From a virus, in the UHGV virus genome UHGV-1637942: a DNA stretch of 15,511 bases. One strand, written 5' to 3'. A program made the position numbers and the translations under genes. Below, one piece after another: positions 7,599 to 13,922 of the stretch. Within the stretch, counting starts at the first letter, position 1, and each line of letters starts with the position of its first letter. The notes under the pieces were generated by a model. It worked only from the letters and a program-made list of their open reading frames with translations, made no database searches and was not told where the DNA came from.

Positions 7599-8429
7599 AC
7601 CGGACTCCTCCTGCGATCCCTTCTGATACTGTCATCAGCATTACGTCATCCTCCGTCATGTCCGCCACATCCGGGGAGGCGGGGATAACTTCATTCCCGT
7701 CCGGACCAAAACGAACACCTCCGGCAAGCCCTGCCGCTTTCTGCATCAGCACATCACCTTCAGGCTCTTCGTCAGCCTCACACCGGTTCAGCAGACTGAA
7801 ATCCAGCGGATGCATATCCGGATCGCTGAAAAACAGGCTGAGCACGGTGTACGTCAGCCCGGAAAAGTGCATATCCAGCAGAACATCATGAAAATAATGG
7901 GTACTGTAAAAGCGGTGCCAGTCGGCATACTCCGTGGATGACATCCCGGCAAGCATGGCGCGCCAGTCGGGTCGCCCCATCTCACGCGCCAGTTTCAGGG
8001 CAAAACTCAGCTCACCGTCGAACACTTTCCCGCAGAAACAGGCTCTGCAGGCCCGGCGTCCTCTGCCTGTTCGGGGGCATTATTCACCACAAACTCATAC
8101 ATACCGGACAGCCGGTACACCACGTTTTCAGCATGAGAAATTGCCTCTGTGGGCCAGGTGGTAAGCACTTCCTGCTCAATCTGTTTAACGGCTTCATTCA
8201 TGGACGGCATCTGCGTCTTCTTCGGATGGTTATGCCACAGGGACATCGCCACCAGAAACGCGCCGGTTCTGATGGCGTCTTCCACAGTAAACTTCCGGTT
8301 GCTGTCTGACTCCGCCTGTTCTGCCTGCCGTTTCATCAGGGCGAGATGCTCAATACGCTGCAGGGCTGACAGTTCAGAAAGCGTGACGGTCACGCCGTTA
8401 TATTCAAATGATTCGGTTTTCAGGAACAT
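7591..8429 (-). CDS. T: Tail assembly chaperone G-T, made by a programmed -1 ribosomal frameshift from the G frame into the T frame
   Basis: The T frame (7591..8025 in the track, FDGELSFALKLAREMGRPDW...) has no start context of its own and overlaps the 3' end of G. The slippery heptamer G_GGA_AAG in the G frame lies at 8025-8031 (minus strand). Confidence 0.8.
8007..8429 (-). CDS. G: Tail assembly chaperone G
   Basis: ORF of 140 aa, MFLKTESFEYNGVTVTLSELSALQRIEHLALMKRQ...PVSAGKCSTVS, recognisable as lambda gpG. SD GGAGAG lies 9 nt upstream of the ATG at 8427-8429. Confidence 0.93.
   Translation of the reverse strand: MFLKTESFEYNGVTVTLSELSALQRIEHLALMKRQAEQAESDSNRKFTVEDAIRTGAFLVAMSLWHNHPKKTQMPSMNEAVKQIEQEVLTTWPTEAISHAENVVYRLSGMYEFVVNNAPEQAEDAGPAEPVSAGKCSTVS
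8025..8031 (-). other. Programmed -1 frameshift slippery heptamer GGGAAAG (G GGA AAG in the G frame)
   Basis: Plus strand reads CTTTCCC at 8025-8031; the minus strand reads GCG GGA AAG TGT (..A G K C..) in the G frame. After a -1 slip the frame continues VFDGELSFALKL, which is the T ORF. Confidence 0.85.
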
Positions 8430-8444
8430 CGCTGACTCTCCGGA

Positions 8445-9185
8445 TTAACTGGCGGTGACGGTGATTTCTGCAACCGCAGCAAACTCACCATTACCGGATA
8501 CAACCGGAATGTTGACCTTGCCTGCAGCAACGCCGTTCACGGTGATGGTCATACCGCTGACCGACACGGTGGCTTTTGTTTTATCCGCAGACACCGCACG
8601 GAAGCTCTTGTCGGTTGCGCCCTCCGGCTGGAATGCCACGGTCAGCGTAGTGCTCTGCCCTTTCACTACGGAAGCACTGGCGGGTGTCACCGTCATGCCG
8701 GTTGTCGCCGTCACCGTGCTGCGATCTTCTGCCATCGACGGACGTCCCACGTTGGTGACTTTCACCGTGCGGGTGATCACTTCCTTCGCCGTCACCGCCT
8801 TACCGATACTGCTGACCCAGCCGCGGAACACATCGACCGTGCCGTTCGGGAAGCGGATTTTATAGGCACGGGTATCCCCTTCATTAAACCACGCCAGCAG
8901 CGCCTGCTGCCCCTGCTCTCCGGGCATCCACGCCAGCGTGAAGCTGGTATCTCCGGCAGATTTCTGCCCCTGCCTGGTCGCAGTCCAGTCCGCATCTTCA
9001 TCATCGAGATAGCTGTCGTCATAGGACTCAGCGGTCAGTTCGCCGGGCGTCAGGTCTTTAACTTTTGCCAGACGCGACCAGTCAACGTCTGAAAGCGGGT
9101 TCGCATAAGGGTCACCGTTCCCCTTATAAACCCACAGTGTGGTCCCGGCCCCTTTCACCGGCATTACTGGATTTGGTACAGGCAT
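8445..9185 (-). CDS. V: Major tail tube protein V (with a C-terminal Ig-like domain)
   Basis: ORF frame 8445..9215; real start at [31 protein letters not shown] (ATG at 9183-9185, SD GAGGA upstream), 246 aa. The C-terminal ~80 aa ([28 protein letters not shown]...) look like a Big_2 Ig-like domain. Confidence 0.93.
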   Translation of the reverse strand: MPVPNPVMPVKGAGTTLWVYKGNGDPYANPLSDVDWSRLAKVKDLTPGELTAESYDDSYLDDEDADWTATRQGQKSAGDTSFTLAWMPGEQGQQALLAWFNEGDTRAYKIRFPNGTVDVFRGWVSSIGKAVTAKEVITRTVKVTNVGRPSMAEDRSTVTATTGMTVTPASASVVKGQSTTLTVAFQPEGATDKSFRAVSADKTKATVSVSGMTITVNGVAAGKVNIPVVSGNGEFAAVAEITVTAS

Positions 9186-9192
9186 ATCGTCC

Positions 9193-9588
9193 TCACATTT
9201 CATAGGTAATGACATAAGTCAGATCGGCTGAACTCCACAGGCCCGCATCATCGTCGCGCCGGTAGTCATAGCCACTGGCCACCATACTGGTGATCAAATC
9301 TGACAGTGCCGGGACATCGCTCATCACCGGATAAATCCGGGACTCCATCCACGAATCCAGCTCTGAATCCGGCACCTGAGCAGGCAGGAAAACTTCAATA
9401 TGCAGCTCCGCCTGCCAGGTATCGCTGTCCAGCTCTTCGCCCGTGTATTCAGCGCCGGTGAGATAAACGGCAACTGCCGGAAAATCCTCCTCATCAAAAA
9501 CAGCGGGGCGACCATCAAAAAGCGTCGCCCCGGTGTCATGTTTTTCCAGTGCATCCAGTACGGCTGCACGGAGTTCTGTATGTTTCAT
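9193..9588 (-). CDS. U: Tail terminator protein U
   Basis: ORF of 131 aa, [54 protein letters not shown]..., recognisable as lambda gpU. ATG overlaps the Z stop (ATGA). Confidence 0.95.
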   Translation of the reverse strand: MKHTELRAAVLDALEKHDTGATLFDGRPAVFDEEDFPAVAVYLTGAEYTGEELDSDTWQAELHIEVFLPAQVPDSELDSWMESRIYPVMSDVPALSDLITSMVASGYDYRRDDDAGLWSSADLTYVITYEM

Positions 9589-10163
9589 CGCTTTATTACC
9601 ATCCTCAGTTGATGCTGCAGCGCATAGCCCAGCTCTTTCGGAAGACGTTCACGCCGTATCCGCTCAATATTCTGTTTAAACGCCGTGGTCAGCGGCACTG
9701 CCATCGGGATTTTCACCACATCAATGGGGTAACGTTTTTTCCCGGCCACACGCTGCATGACATGCCACCGGCCATTTTTCAGTTGCTGAATAAACGCGCC
9801 GGGAATACGACGGTTTCCCACCACAAGCACGCTGTCGCCACCTTTCAGGGATGAACGCTGCCCCTTTTTACGACGCCTGCGTCGGGACAGGACAACCCGC
9901 GCGTTACCCAGCCTGATTACGGGCAAATCCCCCCGGTTAACCTTGATTCTGGCCTGCGGATTTTTGACCGTGGCCCTTTTCAGCCTGGCCCTTTCCTTTA
10001 CCAGTTTCCGGCGTACCTTTGTCTCACGGGCAACCTGTGACGCAGACTGCGATATCGCGGATGAAGCAACGCGGTTAATGGCCATTGCGGAGGCACCGGG
10101 CACCGCCGTTTTGCTGATACGGCTGAGGTTTTCAACGGCCTGCTCAAGACCCTGTATGGCCAT
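9585..10163 (-). CDS. Z: Tail completion protein Z
   Basis: ORF frame 9585..10229; start placed at MAIQGLEQAVENLSRISKTAVPGASAMAINRV (track residue M23), 192 aa, recognisable as lambda gpZ. The upstream extension overlaps FII and is rejected. Confidence 0.9.
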   Translation of the reverse strand: MAIQGLEQAVENLSRISKTAVPGASAMAINRVASSAISQSASQVARETKVRRKLVKERARLKRATVKNPQARIKVNRGDLPVIRLGNARVVLSRRRRRKKGQRSSLKGGDSVLVVGNRRIPGAFIQQLKNGRWHVMQRVAGKKRYPIDVVKIPMAVPLTTAFKQNIERIRRERLPKELGYALQHQLRMVIKR

Positions 10164-10174
10164 ACATCCCCCTT

Positions 10175-10528
10175 TCAGCGACGACGGCTGGCGGCAGGTG
10201 GTTGCCCCCGGTTGAGCCAGAGATAACAACTCCCTCCGTCATCCGGAGAAACACGGTCCACCCAGAACATCTCGCCGTTAATGGTCAGCGTGTCACCACG
10301 CCGTACAGCACAAACCGTATCCGTAAGCACAAATAATGACGGGTTACTTCCTTCAATACGGATCCCACTACTGGCAAAACCCAGCGACTCCGGATCGTCA
10401 AAAACGCCATGAACCTCGCCGCCACGCTGTGCACCGGAGGGGAACTGCGCACTGATGCCCATCACTTCAACAATCGTACTGTCCACCCCGGCAAGGGCGG
10501 CATCAAAGGCATTCTGAAAATCACGCAT
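10175..10528 (-). CDS. FII: Head-tail joining (head completion) protein FII
   Basis: ORF frame 10175..10564; start placed at MRDFQNAFDAALAGVDSTI (ATG at 10526-10528), 117 aa, ending ...VDRVSPDDGGSCYLWLNRGQPPAASRRR, recognisable as lambda gpFII. Overlaps the FI stop by 8 nt. Confidence 0.9.
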   Translation of the reverse strand: MRDFQNAFDAALAGVDSTIVEVMGISAQFPSGAQRGGEVHGVFDDPESLGFASSGIRIEGSNPSLFVLTDTVCAVRRGDTLTINGEMFWVDRVSPDDGGSCYLWLNRGQPPAASRRR

Positions 10529-10895
10529 AAACAGCCATTCCACCATCAACGTGTGTTTTTGCATCTGAGGACATAATCAGAATCACCCGACCAACATCCG
10601 CAAGCTCAACGGATTCCCCCGTTTCACCATCAACGCCACAGAGATGGAGGCAGGTCAGAACTCTGATGCGCGTTAACGCGCCGGATGTTTCCTCACGAAC
10701 ATCATGAGCCGCGGTTTCCCGCTCCCGGATATCCATATTCATAACCTGTACATCATCGCCGGATGACTGCATTTCCTCTTCCCATTCTGCCACCCGCTGC
10801 GCTATCTCTGCGGCACTCCCGGATATATCCGGCTCACGCCCCAGAATCAGGGCCAGTTCATCAAGCCGTTTCAGATTTTGCTCTTTCGTTGCCAT
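10521..10895 (-). CDS. FI: DNA packaging / head assembly protein FI
   Basis: ORF frame 10521..10943; start placed at MATKEQNLKRLDELALILGRE (ATG at 10893-10895, SD AGGGGG 6 nt upstream), 124 aa. Acidic, in the position of lambda FI but more divergent than the tail proteins. The upstream 16 codons of the track ORF run through a terminator hairpin and are rejected. Confidence 0.8.
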   Translation of the reverse strand: MATKEQNLKRLDELALILGREPDISGSAAEIAQRVAEWEEEMQSSGDDVQVMNMDIRERETAAHDVREETSGALTRIRVLTCLHLCGVDGETGESVELADVGRVILIMSSDAKTHVDGGMAVYA

Positions 10896-10906
10896 ATCAG
10901 CCCCCT

Positions 10907-10938
10907 GTGAAAAAAGACACGGGGGCATTTCGCCCCCG
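10907..10938 (-). terminator. Intrinsic-terminator-like hairpin between E and FI: 7-bp GC stem (CGGGGGC / GCCCCCG), 5-nt loop, then TTTTTT on the minus strand
   Basis: Minus strand reads TAA(E stop)tccgtgagCGGGGGCgaaatGCCCCCGtgtcTTTTTTcacagggggctgatATG(FI). Plus-strand coordinates: stem 10920-10938, A-run 10910-10915. Confidence 0.5.
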
Positions 10939-10946
10939 CTCACGGA

Positions 10947-11975
10947 TTATTTCACCTGTACCACCACAAACTCATCCGGGTCCGGCAACACCATCAGCGG
11001 CGCGGACTGCGTCATGGTAAATTCACGGGCGGGATCCCCTACCGTCAGCCAGTGTTTCGGATAACGGGAAGAGGCCACCACACCTTCGGACAACGCCTGA
11101 GCATCCTGAATGGCACCGTAACAACGGATCCCATCTGCAGCAGTATTCCCCAGAACCAGCATGCCATCTGGAAGATAACGTTTTTCGATACCGTCTTCTG
11201 CTATATAAGACATTTTCGCCACCACAATGGCCAGATCGCCGTAATACCCCTTGAAGGACACCACTGCGCCCAGATCTTTCACTGCCGTTTCGAGTTGAGA
11301 ATTTGAACCGCGACGGGTATCCAGTTTTTCGCGGAACAGCTTAAAACCATTCAGAAGACGCCAGACGGTACCGTCCATAATGGCAATATTCACAAGACCG
11401 CTGGCCTGGTCGCAGTAGAGGTCAATATCATGTGTAGGATCGAACGTGTCACGATCCTGTTTTGACCACTCCTTACCACTACCCTGAGTGATGTTATTCT
11501 TCGTCGACCTGCCAAAATCGACCTCAATTTTCTCGAACTGGTCTCCTTCCATGGTGTATTTGCCATACAACACAGCATTTACCGCCTGCATTTCTTCCAC
11601 CTGGACAATCGCGTGCTCTTCCTGTTTGAGGTTATCGGTAATGATACGCAGACGGCGGTAAGCCGGATCATTCAGTTGAGATGGATCTTCACCAGGAAGG
11701 CGCTCAACCGCCTGCTGGTAATTAAATTCGTGTTTCGGCTTGACGTAGCCCGGACGCAACACGCGGGTTTCACCACCACGATGACGCAGCACTTTTCCTT
11801 CAACAACCGGGGAGACATAGGCCGCCACCGGCGTTTTTCCGGTAATTTTGTCCAGCATCACCTCTTCGGTGTGGAAATTCACCGTACGGCGGAAAAACAG
11901 CTCCAGAAATAGCGCACGGAATTTAACTTTTTGTTCGGTATAACCGAGTAACTGGCGGGTCGTAAACAATCCCAT
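10947..11975 (-). CDS. E: Major capsid protein E
   Basis: ORF of 342 aa, MGLFTTRQLLGYTEQKVKFRALFLELFFRRTVNFHTEEV...DPDEFVVVQVK, recognisable as lambda gpE. ATG at 11973-11975 with SD AGGA 8 nt upstream. Confidence 0.93.
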   Translation of the reverse strand: MGLFTTRQLLGYTEQKVKFRALFLELFFRRTVNFHTEEVMLDKITGKTPVAAYVSPVVEGKVLRHRGGETRVLRPGYVKPKHEFNYQQAVERLPGEDPSQLNDPAYRRLRIITDNLKQEEHAIVQVEEMQAVNAVLYGKYTMEGDQFEKIEVDFGRSTKNNITQGSGKEWSKQDRDTFDPTHDIDLYCDQASGLVNIAIMDGTVWRLLNGFKLFREKLDTRRGSNSQLETAVKDLGAVVSFKGYYGDLAIVVAKMSYIAEDGIEKRYLPDGMLVLGNTAADGIRCYGAIQDAQALSEGVVASSRYPKHWLTVGDPAREFTMTQSAPLMVLPDPDEFVVVQVK

Positions 11976-12003
11976 AAATCAGTTCCTTTCATTCAGAAAT
12001 CAG

Positions 12004-12025
12004 TCAGGCCAGCGCGGTGGCCTGA
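12004..12025 (-). other. Intercistronic RNA hairpin between D and E: 8-bp stem TCAGGCCA / TGGCCTGA with a 6-nt loop
   Basis: Read directly on the plus strand, TCAGGCCAgcgcggTGGCCTGA, lying between the D stop (12033) and the E SD/ATG. The minus-strand RNA has only a short, interrupted U-tract after it (cugauuucug). Confidence 0.4.
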
Positions 12026-12032
12026 TAACGTG

Positions 12033-12380
12033 TTACGGCAGCGCCGCGTGACTCAGGGCACTGCCAGCAAAGGCGTTGGCCTTTTTGTGTTCATCCACAC
12101 TTTCAGGCCAGTGGATTGCCTCCGTCGCAAAGGTTCCCGACTTGTAATAGGTCAGCACCTCCTCTGTGCCTTCAAGCGGCAGTACCAGTATGCCAACCGC
12201 ACTACCGGCTTTCTGTCCGTCCCAGACCACCAGTTTCCCGGTGGCTTCATCCAGCATCAGGGGCGTCAGAGCCGGTGTTGCAGAAGAAATCCCGCTGCTG
12301 CCTGTGGCGGTATGAGCCGGATCATTACCGGCAAAAATACGTACTTCCGCACGCTGTTCAGTGATGGTTTTCGTCACCAT
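12033..12380 (-). CDS. D: Head decoration protein D
   Basis: ORF of 115 aa, ...NDPAHTATGSSGISSATPALTPLMLDEATGKLVVWDGQKAGSAVGILV...YYKSGTFATEAIHWPE...ANAFAGSALSHAALP, recognisable as lambda gpD. ATG at 12378-12380 with GAGG 10 nt upstream. Confidence 0.92.
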   Translation of the reverse strand: MVTKTITEQRAEVRIFAGNDPAHTATGSSGISSATPALTPLMLDEATGKLVVWDGQKAGSAVGILVLPLEGTEEVLTYYKSGTFATEAIHWPESVDEHKKANAFAGSALSHAALP

Positions 12381-12416
12381 TTTGTTAAAACCTCATATTG
12401 ATGGTCAGCACTGACT

Positions 12417-13202
12417 TCATGGCATGGCCATGAGCATTTTCACGTCCGCATCACCGTCTGCTGACGTCTGTGGCACGCCACCCTGTACCGCTGCCGGTGA
12501 ATGGTTCGCCATGAAATGTTCAAACATGGCGGTTGTGGATGCAGAGACCGGTTCTGCCTTACCTGATCCCGCAGCCAGCACAGCCCGGGCGCACTCCACA
12601 GTCATTCCCGGGCAGGCAGCCAGCTGTTCAGCCTGCACCTCAGCCCCTTTTGCCTCATCCAGTGCCATGATCTGATCACGGAGTGATGGTCCGGCATCCG
12701 CCTGCGGTGAAGCAGCCAGGATCGGGCGGGCTTTTTCCACCGTCATCTCCGGCATCGCCGCCAGCGTTGCCGCCAGTTGTTCACGACCGTTCGCTTCTTC
12801 ACACGCCATAATGCGATCGGCTTCACTCTGCGTGGATGCCACCGGCTGCTGCGGTGCCGCCGCGGCCAGAATCGCCCGGGCCTGTTCAACGCTCATGCCC
12901 TGTTGCCCTGCCAGCATCGTGGCAAGCTGTTCACGTCCTTTCGCTTCCTGGCATGTCAGGATCCCCATCACTCGCTGGTTCTCCTGCGCGGCGGCTTCCG
13001 TTGCAGTTAATTGCGGCATAGTGCCTCCTCTGACATTACTGTTCAGCGCCGTGGCCATCACACTGATGGCATCCGACGCATTGATTAATTCATCCGCCAG
13101 CCCGGCCTCAATGCCGGACTGACCTTCAAAAACAGCGGCCTCTGTTCCTGTGACTGCATCAACAGACAGACCGGTAAACATCGCCACTTTTTCGGCAAAC
13201 AT
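12417..13202 (-). CDS. Nu3: Scaffolding protein Nu3, from an in-frame internal start within C (by analogy with lambda)
   Basis: In-frame ATG at 13200-13202 gives MFAEKVAMFTGLSVDAVTGTEAAV..., about 261 aa sharing the C-terminus of C. Placement is by analogy with lambda, where Nu3 is the C-terminal in-frame product of C. The exact start is not verifiable from sequence alone. Confidence 0.45.
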   Translation of the reverse strand: MFAEKVAMFTGLSVDAVTGTEAAVFEGQSGIEAGLADELINASDAISVMATALNSNVRGGTMPQLTATEAAAQENQRVMGILTCQEAKGREQLATMLAGQQGMSVEQARAILAAAAPQQPVASTQSEADRIMACEEANGREQLAATLAAMPEMTVEKARPILAASPQADAGPSLRDQIMALDEAKGAEVQAEQLAACPGMTVECARAVLAAGSGKAEPVSASTTAMFEHFMANHSPAAVQGGVPQTSADGDADVKMLMAMP

Positions 13203-13922
13203 CCGGCGCGCCGCATCAATCCGCTGCTGCATGTCCTGGCGAACCTCTGCCGGCAACGCTTCAAACTGATTGCCATCCACCTTGTGCGCCCCTGAGTAAA
13301 TCAGCGTGATATCCACACCGGCCTGCGCCAGATGACCGGCATAGCTGACATGGCTCATCATCACGCCAATGGAGCCGATACGGGATGTCTGGGTAACCAG
13401 CCGTCGGGAGCAGGCCGACGCCAGCAGCATGGCTGCAGAACAGGCCGTGTCATTGCACAGTGCCCAGACCGGCTTCTGCTGACGGAGGCGGTAAATCATG
13501 TCAGCGCAGTCAAACGCGCCGGCGGCCTGCCCGCCCGGACTGTCAATGTCCAGCAGTACGCCCCGCACCTGGCTATCCGCCATTGCCTGCTGAAGACAGG
13601 CGACAATACCGTCATAGCCTGTCATTCCGGAAAATGGCCGCATACCGCCCAGCCGGTGCACCAGCGTGCCGGTCACCGGCAGTACAGCAATACCGTTCAC
13701 CACCCGGTAAACACGGGCCGGTCGTTTACCTCCGGCCATGTACTCGTCCGTTTCAGCCAGCATTCCGGGAGCATCAAGCTGTACCTGTTGTTGTGGTACC
13801 GAAAGACTTGCTGCCCCTATCTCGCGCCCGAGCGCGCAAAAGAAAACCCGCGCATAGGCGGGCTCCAGAAGCAGCGGTTCATTGAATGCTGCGGCAATAA
13901 TGTGTGAAAGATTACGTCTCAC
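12417..13922 (-). CDS. C: Head maturation protease / minor capsid protein C (ClpP/SppA-like serine peptidase) with a C-terminal scaffold (Nu3-like) region
   Basis: ORF of 501 aa, ...AAFNEPLLLEPAYARVFFCA...NGIAVLPVTGTLV...GMTGYDGIV...LLDIDSPGG...SIGVMMSHVSYAG..., recognisable as lambda gpC. Apparent GTG start at 13920-13922 overlaps the portal stop by 11 nt. The C-terminal third has three tandem ~50-aa repeats. Confidence 0.9.
   Translation of the reverse strand: MRRNLSHIIAAAFNEPLLLEPAYARVFFCALGREIGAASLSVPQQQVQLDAPGMLAETDEYMAGGKRPARVYRVVNGIAVLPVTGTLVHRLGGMRPFSGMTGYDGIVACLQQAMADSQVRGVLLDIDSPGGQAAGAFDCADMIYRLRQQKPVWALCNDTACSAAMLLASACSRRLVTQTSRIGSIGVMMSHVSYAGHLAQAGVDITLIYSGAHKVDGNQFEALPAEVRQDMQQRIDAARRMFAEKVAMFTGLSVDAVTGTEAAVFEGQSGIEAGLADELINASDAISVMATALNSNVRGGTMPQLTATEAAAQENQRVMGILTCQEAKGREQLATMLAGQQGMSVEQARAILAAAAPQQPVASTQSEADRIMACEEANGREQLAATLAAMPEMTVEKARPILAASPQADAGPSLRDQIMALDEAKGAEVQAEQLAACPGMTVECARAVLAAGSGKAEPVSASTTAMFEHFMANHSPAAVQGGVPQTSADGDADVKMLMAMP
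12558..12971 (-). repeat. Three tandem in-frame repeats (period ~147-150 bp, ~50 aa) inside the scaffold region of C/Nu3
   Basis: Protein units: VMGILTCQEAKGREQLATMLAGQQGMSVEQARAILAAAAPQQ / IMACEEANGREQLAATLAAMPEMTVEKARPILAASPQ / IMALDEAKGAEVQAEQLAACPGMTVECARAVLAAGSG. The DNA units are visibly similar, e.g. ccaggatcgggcgggctttttccaccgtcatctccggcatcgccgccagcg (about 12716) and ccagaatcgcccgggcctgttcaacgctcatgccctgttgccctgccagca (about 12866). Confidence 0.7.

Noticed and set aside
7658-9612. ORFs 7658..7891 +, 7934..8164 +, 7938..8309 +, 8149..8448 +, 8455..8865 +, 8792..9022 -, 9324..9569 -, 9400..9612 +
   Set aside because: They overlap T, G, V and U in other frames or on the other strand, with no independent support.
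9186-10943. Over-extended N-termini in the track for V ([10 protein letters not shown]...), Z (MLSLAQPGATTCRQPSSLKGGC...), FII (MQKHTLMVEWLF...) and FI (MSGGEMPPCLFSQGAD...)
   Set aside because: Each extension overlaps the preceding gene or, for FI, runs through the terminator hairpin, and each uses a non-ATG or context-free start. The internal ATG with a Shine-Dalgarno reproduces the expected lambda-type N-terminus in every case.
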